A stretch of DNA of 64,000 nt from an uncultured Verrucomicrobiales bacterium (GTDB taxonomy: Bacteria; Verrucomicrobiota; Verrucomicrobiia; Verrucomicrobiales; DEV007). Below the pieces are notes generated by a model. It worked only from the letters and a program-made list of their open reading frames with translations, did not search any database and had not been told where the DNA came from. The stretch is from the NCBI GenBank assembly GCA_938091905.1, contig CALKOM010000006.1:32001-96000 (forward strand), written 5' to 3'. Position 1 is the first letter of the stretch. Every line of letters begins with the position of its first letter. Shown piece after piece: positions 59,044 through 64,000 of this stretch. Made by a program: the position numbers and the translations under genes.

Positions 59044-59742
59044 TTATGAGGTCTCTTCCAACGGCTCATAGCGGTAGCCTTTGCCGCGCACATTCTGGAT
59101 GAGTTGAGCGTAGTTCCCTAATTTCTCTCGCAAACGCATCAAGTGCGTGTCGAGCGTCCGGCTGGTGGCGTTGCCTTTACCCCAGACTTTCTCAAACAGA
59201 GTCTCACGAGCGACCATATCGCCAGCTTGCTCGATGAGGAGAGCGAGGAGTTTGAATTCGGTTGAGGTGAGATTGACGAGTTCGCCGTCCAAGTAGCAGC
59301 GCAGCGCACTGCGGTCCAAGAAGAAGTCGCCGGATTCCAAAGTCGTTTCGATGCCAGTCTCTGGTAGCCACTTGAGTAAAGCTTGCACGCGAAGGACAAG
59401 TTCCTTGGGGCTGAAGGGCTTGGTGACGTAGTCATCTACACCTGCTTTGAGACCAGCGATGCGGTCACTCACTTCCGCTTTCGCTGTGACCATGATGACC
59501 GGAATTTCTTTTGTCCGAGAGTCTTGTTTAAGGCCATCAAACACTTGGAATCCGTGCATGCCAGGTAGCATGAGGTCGAGAACGATTGCGCTGGGGCGAT
59601 CATGCTGAGCGAGCTTCAGACCATCCCTGCCGTTATACGCTTTGAGTGTACGAAGTCCTGCCTTTTCAAGATTAAAACAGACAAGGTCTACCACGTCGAT
59701 CTCGTCGTCGATTACTAAGACGGTATGTTGAGCAGTATCCAT
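59044..59742 (-). CDS. OmpR/PhoB family response regulator
   Basis: VLVIDDE, LDLMLPG, VIMVTAK, DDYVTKPFSPKEL, LTSTEFKLL, RTLDTH..RLREKL, VRGKGY. Confidence 0.93.
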   Translation of the reverse strand: MDTAQHTVLVIDDEIDVVDLVCFNLEKAGLRTLKAYNGRDGLKLAQHDRPSAIVLDLMLPGMHGFQVFDGLKQDSRTKEIPVIMVTAKAEVSDRIAGLKAGVDDYVTKPFSPKELVLRVQALLKWLPETGIETTLESGDFFLDRSALRCYLDGELVNLTSTEFKLLALLIEQAGDMVARETLFEKVWGKGNATSRTLDTHLMRLREKLGNYAQLIQNVRGKGYRYEPLEETS

Positions 59743-59784
59743 TGGGAGTGGCGCGGGCAATCTCGCTTAAAATGGTGCGTAAAT

Positions 59785-60552
59785 TCAACGAACAAGGCGA
59801 GTGCCATTTGGGCGGAATCGCTGAAAGAGAGGGCGAAATCTTGATGAGCGACGGAGGAAACCGTCTTGGAGGCAGAGCTCGTGCATGGAACTCGGTGCGA
59901 TGAGGTGCCGATCCTTTCCTGAGTCCATTCGTTTCTTGTAGTAGTGTGCAAACTTGTCGGTGTCGACCGTGAGGCGTCCTGTTGCATCGAAGCGCAATTC
60001 ACTGATGCGTTGTGATGGGGCAACGGCGGTTTGCATGAGCCAGAAATGAGTTGGTGCAATGACGGGGCGGCCTAGCGTGTTTGCTAAATCAGCAGCTAAG
60101 TTGTCGTCGCCTTCTCCTGTCAGACAGCTGTAAAGAATCACGGGTGCGCCTGGCTGGAGTGCCTTTCCAATGCCCTCACAGACAGACGAAACGTTCCGCT
60201 GGTGAAGATTGGGCCCGCTTCCGAGGTGGAGTTTGTTAGGCTTCCCATGGAAGGCGAGGATGAGGCCGGCTAGCGGTCCAGTGGTACGTTTCGTGTCCTG
60301 AACGGTGTTTCGTAGTTCAGCGAGATCAGTGATCCGATGGTAGCTTGCTTGGATTCCAGGAAGCTGAGCGAAGTTATTGGCGAGGGTCGTCTCAAGGCTG
60401 TCGAAACTACCCATTGGGTCGTGCTGGGCGATAAGGATGAGGACACTCTGAGTCCCTCCTCGGATGGTTGTGGTGGGGGTGTGTTGGCACCCACTAGCCA
60501 AACACAGGCTGAGCATTCCTAAGAAGAGATACGTGCGAAGCCGGGAGGTCAT
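59785..60552 (-). CDS. Hypothetical lipoprotein with a DUF4347/caspase-fold-like His-Gly and Ser-Cys signature
   Basis: Lipobox-like LASGC; ILAFHG...VILYSCLTG...LA..L...VIAPT. Confidence 0.6.
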   Translation of the reverse strand: MTSRLRTYLFLGMLSLCLASGCQHTPTTTIRGGTQSVLILIAQHDPMGSFDSLETTLANNFAQLPGIQASYHRITDLAELRNTVQDTKRTTGPLAGLILAFHGKPNKLHLGSGPNLHQRNVSSVCEGIGKALQPGAPVILYSCLTGEGDDNLAADLANTLGRPVIAPTHFWLMQTAVAPSQRISELRFDATGRLTVDTDKFAHYYKKRMDSGKDRHLIAPSSMHELCLQDGFLRRSSRFRPLFQRFRPNGTRLVR

Positions 60553-60623
60553 GCCAGAAACACAACGGGCGCAGCATCTCTGCTGCGCCCGTCGATTCAC
60601 TTAATCAGGATGGAATAATAATC

Positions 60624-61916
60624 TTAGAACTCGAGGCGGATGGCACCGAATCCGGTGACGGTGTCGATGCTGTCGCGACTACCGCTGATGTCGTCGAGCT
60701 CAGCATACTCGACGCCAAACATAAACTTGAGGCTCTTATTGATGTAGTAGTTCACGCCACCATAGAGAGCCCAGTAGTCTTCACCCCGAGTGCTTCCTGC
60801 CGAGCTAACACCAGGATCCGAGGCAACGACGCGACGTGCGTAGCGGCTTTGGTGCCGGACTGATCCTCCGCCATCGGCTTCCATGTTCTCGTACCGGAGC
60901 ACGGCCTCAAGCTTGTCCGTCAGCATCACGCTCGGCATGAGGTAGAATCCGTCGATCTCGCCACCATTGAAGAGCTCGGCGTGAACATACTCAGCCAAGA
61001 AGCTGAAACGACCGGTTGCTAGAGAGACGCTGGCTGCCCATGCGCTCTCCGGGCCAAACTTCTGGTCGATCCCGTCATCGTCAGCATTGTCAATGTAGTC
61101 TAGACGGAACGCCAACTGATCGAGGCCAACTTGCTCTGAGAAATCAAGGCCAACACTAGCATTTAGTAGATACTCGGGAACGCCTTCGTTTCCACGATTG
61201 GTAAGCTCTGAGCTGCGTTGGTCCCCACTCTCACCGTTGTAGGCACCGAGTTGGTAATCGAAGATGCCATAATCACCTGCGAAACTGATACCCGTGATCT
61301 TACCCGGATCAAAGGAGTTCGAAATATTCGAACGTTCGACCGTCTTGATCTTAGAAGACGACGTGTTGAGCTCTGCTCCGAAGCGAGGGCGAAGGTGCTC
61401 GAAGGTGATCGTAGTCCAATCGAGCCCGTTGTAACGCAAATAAGCGTCCTCCAGAAGGGTGGAGGAATCGGTCGTCTGGATGTTTCCAACGAGTTCGAAG
61501 CTCCAATCGTCAAGAATCTTGCCGGAAACGCCAAGACGCAAGCGGCGCCACTCTTGCGTTGAGAAGTCAGAGTATTCGTCAGCAGATGCATAGCCGAATT
61601 GGTAATGCATGCGGCCACGCACCTTCAGCTCGGTCACCGCCGATTGCTTTGGGGTCACGAAGACCTCGTCGCGATCCACAGGATCTGCCATGGGCTCTGG
61701 CTCAGGCACATACTCACCAGCCACGAAGTCGGTCGGGCGTTGTGCTCTGTTTGCCTTCTCGGCGCTCAGTTCTTGACGGAGAATCGAGAGTTCGTGTTCG
61801 AGCGCACGAAGGCGTGCGTCTGTCGCTGGCTCGTTGGCTTGCAACGAAAGAGCGGTTCCTAGCGTCAGGCAAACTGCCGACGCGCTGAGTAGGTGCTTCT
61901 TTGAAGTCAGGTTCAT
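60624..61916 (-). CDS. Phosphate-selective porin (OprO/OprP-like)
   Basis: Signal peptide and coiled coil; RRLRLGVSG, DAYL, TSSSKI..VERS, GVNYY, C-terminal F. Confidence 0.8.
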   Translation of the reverse strand: MNLTSKKHLLSASAVCLTLGTALSLQANEPATDARLRALEHELSILRQELSAEKANRAQRPTDFVAGEYVPEPEPMADPVDRDEVFVTPKQSAVTELKVRGRMHYQFGYASADEYSDFSTQEWRRLRLGVSGKILDDWSFELVGNIQTTDSSTLLEDAYLRYNGLDWTTITFEHLRPRFGAELNTSSSKIKTVERSNISNSFDPGKITGISFAGDYGIFDYQLGAYNGESGDQRSSELTNRGNEGVPEYLLNASVGLDFSEQVGLDQLAFRLDYIDNADDDGIDQKFGPESAWAASVSLATGRFSFLAEYVHAELFNGGEIDGFYLMPSVMLTDKLEAVLRYENMEADGGGSVRHQSRYARRVVASDPGVSSAGSTRGEDYWALYGGVNYYINKSLKFMFGVEYAELDDISGSRDSIDTVTGFGAIRLEF

Positions 61917-61990
61917 AGGTTATCTTACGGATTGATCAGATAAGGGAGCGATTAAGAAGGGGTAACGTGACGATGTCGACATGTTTCTAT

Positions 61991-62008
61991 GTGACATTTC
62001 CGTGATAC
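61991..62008 (-). promoter_or_regulatory. Pho-box-like tandem repeat upstream of the porin
   Basis: - strand GTATCAC-GGAA-ATGTCAC with an 11 bp period, resembling CTGTCAT-N4-CTGTCAC. Confidence 0.4.
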
Positions 62009-62227
62009 AACTGACCTAAAACTGTTAGAGTCAATGCGTTGAGGCAGATCCGTCGGCGTGGTAGAGCTCTCATGCGGGGGCCGTCGGTGCAGGGGGTGGT
62101 GAATTTGGTCGTGCTGACAGCATGATGGCTCGCTGCGGGAGGCGCCAGCGTAGAGTCTTATGTGACAAGATCTTTGCCGAAGGCGCGTTTCTCATAGTTG
62201 CCGCCAAACGCATACGTTGGGGATTCT

Positions 62228-64000
62228 ATGACCGGGAACCCCTTTCACCTGCGCCGCTACCTTTTACTGGTCCTCCTTGTGAGCTTCTCGGGGCTTTTCG
62301 CGCAGGAGGAAATTGAGCCCGTTGCTGCGGTTGCGGACGAGGTGGATCTCTATGCGGAGCAACTGGCCAAGCCCATCGAGTCGACAAAGGGTCGCTTTGT
62401 CGGCAAGGCCTACGATGCGAAGTCGGGCAAGCCGCTTGTAGGGGTGGGCATTCAGATTGAAGACACGGGGGCCTTCACCATCACGGACGACAAGGGGCGG
62501 TTCATTATCGATGCCGTCGAGCCTGGCACCTACACCATTGTCATTAGTCAAGGCGGTTACGAGCCCGTGCGGGCCGAAGAGGTACTGATCAAGTCTGGTC
62601 AGGTGAGCAACTTGGCCAGTGCCACGGGTGCGCTTGAGCGGGCACCTATTGAGACCAGTGACGAGATCTATGAGATGGAAGAGATCGAAGTCGTTTCGGA
62701 GCTGGTGGAGGAAGGTGCCGAAAGTCTCCTCTTTGATCGGAAAGAGTTAGAACAACTCATCACGTCGATGGGAAAAGAAGAGTTCTCGAAGGTTGGGGCG
62801 GGCGACGTGATCTCTGCGGTGGGGCGCATGGCGGGAGCTAATGTGCTCGATGGGAAATACGCAGTCATTCGTGGTCTCGCTGATCGCTATTCGCAGACGA
62901 CTTTGAACGGAGCGCTCATTCCAAGTGGTGACCCTTCCAAGAAGGCTGTCCAATTGGACTTGATTGCTACGTATTTGTTAGAAGAATTGCGGACCTACAA
63001 GACAGCGTCTCCTGATCTCACAGGCGAGTTTGCCGGTGGACTCGTCGATATTCGTACACTGAAGTTTCCTGAAGAATTGCTGCTAAGTTTCAGTGTGAGT
63101 ACAGAGTTTGATTCAGAAGCGACGAAGGAAGAGTTCTTCAAGAACCCGGATAGAAAGATGGATTTTCTCGGCAGAGTAAGTGATAGTCTTCCCGAAGTCA
63201 GTGGCATTCTCGATTTTCCCCGGGGTGTGACGCGAAGCCGGACGCCGCCAAGCGCGGCGCAGTTGAAGGCCCAGACAGAGTGGAGGGCCATCCACAATTC
63301 GGGTTCACTCTTGCCGGACTCGAGCCATGCTGCACCGAACACGAGCTTTAGCTTTGGAGTGGGCAATAGCATTGAATTGAGCAACGGGACGCTTGGGGTC
63401 GTCCTCGCTTTCGACCAAGGTCACAGTTACAGCACCAAGATTGCCCGTGAAGTGAATCGCGGTTCGTTCAGTACGGGTCAGTTTGGTCCGAGGCAGAGTC
63501 AGCTTCAGAATGTCTTTGATGAGAATATTGATTGGGGTGGGCTAGGAACGTTGGCCTATCAGAGCAAGGACGAGAACCACTTCATGGGGCTCACTTTAAT
63601 GACCAATAATTCCGCGACTGACAATGTTACGCAAGGGCGGCGGGTGCTTGACCAAGAGGACGGTCAGTTTGTCGATTCAAACGGCAATGATATCTTGCGT
63701 ATTGGTGACTATCTTGGGGCTGATGGTCAGATTTATCGTGCCTATGATGAGATCGGCTACATGCAGCGCTCTCTCGATGTGGCCCAGCTTTCAGGGAACC
63801 ACAAGTTCACCGAACTCAAGGATCTTGAGATGAACTATATCCTCAGCCTAGCAAATGCTGAGGAGGACCGTCCGGACCAGCGCTTCTACCGTAGTTATCA
63901 GATTGACTATCTTGATCCGTCTTTGGGGACGCTCTTCACGCAAACGAATCTGATTCCTGAGGTGAATGAGAAGAGTTCTTACCGTACTTATGCCAATACG
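62228..64000 (+). CDS. TonB-dependent receptor with an N-terminal carboxypeptidase-regulatory-like domain, 3' partial (absent from the ORF track)
   Basis: My translation: MTGNPFHLRRYLLLVLLVSFSGLFAQ signal; GKPLVGV..TDDKGRF..VEPGTYT; plug IRGLADRYSQTTLNG...LDLI...YKTASPD..GEFAGG.VDI. Confidence 0.9.
   Translation, partial: MTGNPFHLRRYLLLVLLVSFSGLFAQEEIEPVAAVADEVDLYAEQLAKPIESTKGRFVGKAYDAKSGKPLVGVGIQIEDTGAFTITDDKGRFIIDAVEPGTYTIVISQGGYEPVRAEEVLIKSGQVSNLASATGALERAPIETSDEIYEMEEIEVVSELVEEGAESLLFDRKELEQLITSMGKEEFSKVGAGDVISAVGRMAGANVLDGKYAVIRGLADRYSQTTLNGALIPSGDPSKKAVQLDLIATYLLEELRTYKTASPDLTGEFAGGLVDIRTLKFPEELLLSFSVSTEFDSEATKEEFFKNPDRKMDFLGRVSDSLPEVSGILDFPRGVTRSRTPPSAAQLKAQTEWRAIHNSGSLLPDSSHAAPNTSFSFGVGNSIELSNGTLGVVLAFDQGHSYSTKIAREVNRGSFSTGQFGPRQSQLQNVFDENIDWGGLGTLAYQSKDENHFMGLTLMTNNSATDNVTQGRRVLDQEDGQFVDSNGNDILRIGDYLGADGQIYRAYDEIGYMQRSLDVAQLSGNHKFTELKDLEMNYILSLANAEEDRPDQRFYRSYQIDYLDPSLGTLFTQTNLIPEVNEKSSYRTYANT

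Noticed and set aside
1..64000. Genome-wide UGA reassignment as the explanation for the in-frame UGAs
   Set aside because: Several genes end at UGA at the expected family C-terminus (4120, 49731, 57597, 58454), and long genes otherwise lack internal UGA.

Overview
This 64 kb bacterial window has gene content typical of the PVC superphylum, most likely Verrucomicrobiota (inferred from DUF1501 plus a PSD1/planctomycete cytochrome c, a PVC-type heme CxxCH dehydrogenase, DUF1080, PQQ-like propellers and lamin-tail/CotH proteins). Housekeeping genes are rpsO-pnp, serS-tilS, nnrD and a 2-oxoacid dehydrogenase E2. About 26-49 kb encodes mostly large secreted or surface proteins: a sialate O-acetylesterase, three LTD/CotH kinases, a LamG/lectin giant, and two FG-GAP + ASPIC/UnbV (CRTAC1-like) proteins. 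Best lead: the + strand CRTAC1-like gene (45148-48954) is one reading frame interrupted by a single in-frame UGA (46948-46950) followed by a bacterial-SECIS-like hairpin, so it is a candidate selenoprotein or programmed readthrough. Other leads are a shared C-terminal domain on five secreted proteins, a recurrent GSLFS-like loop motif in the CotH proteins, a structured intergenic RNA candidate (38612-38774), a long-hairpin pnp leader, repeated leaderless promoter geometry, a decayed BlaI-M56-VIT/vWA locus with a deletion scar, and a putative Pho-type locus (porin, response regulator, TonB receptor) at the right edge. I saw no rRNA, tRNA, CRISPR array or transposase. All family calls come from motif recognition by eye, not database searches.
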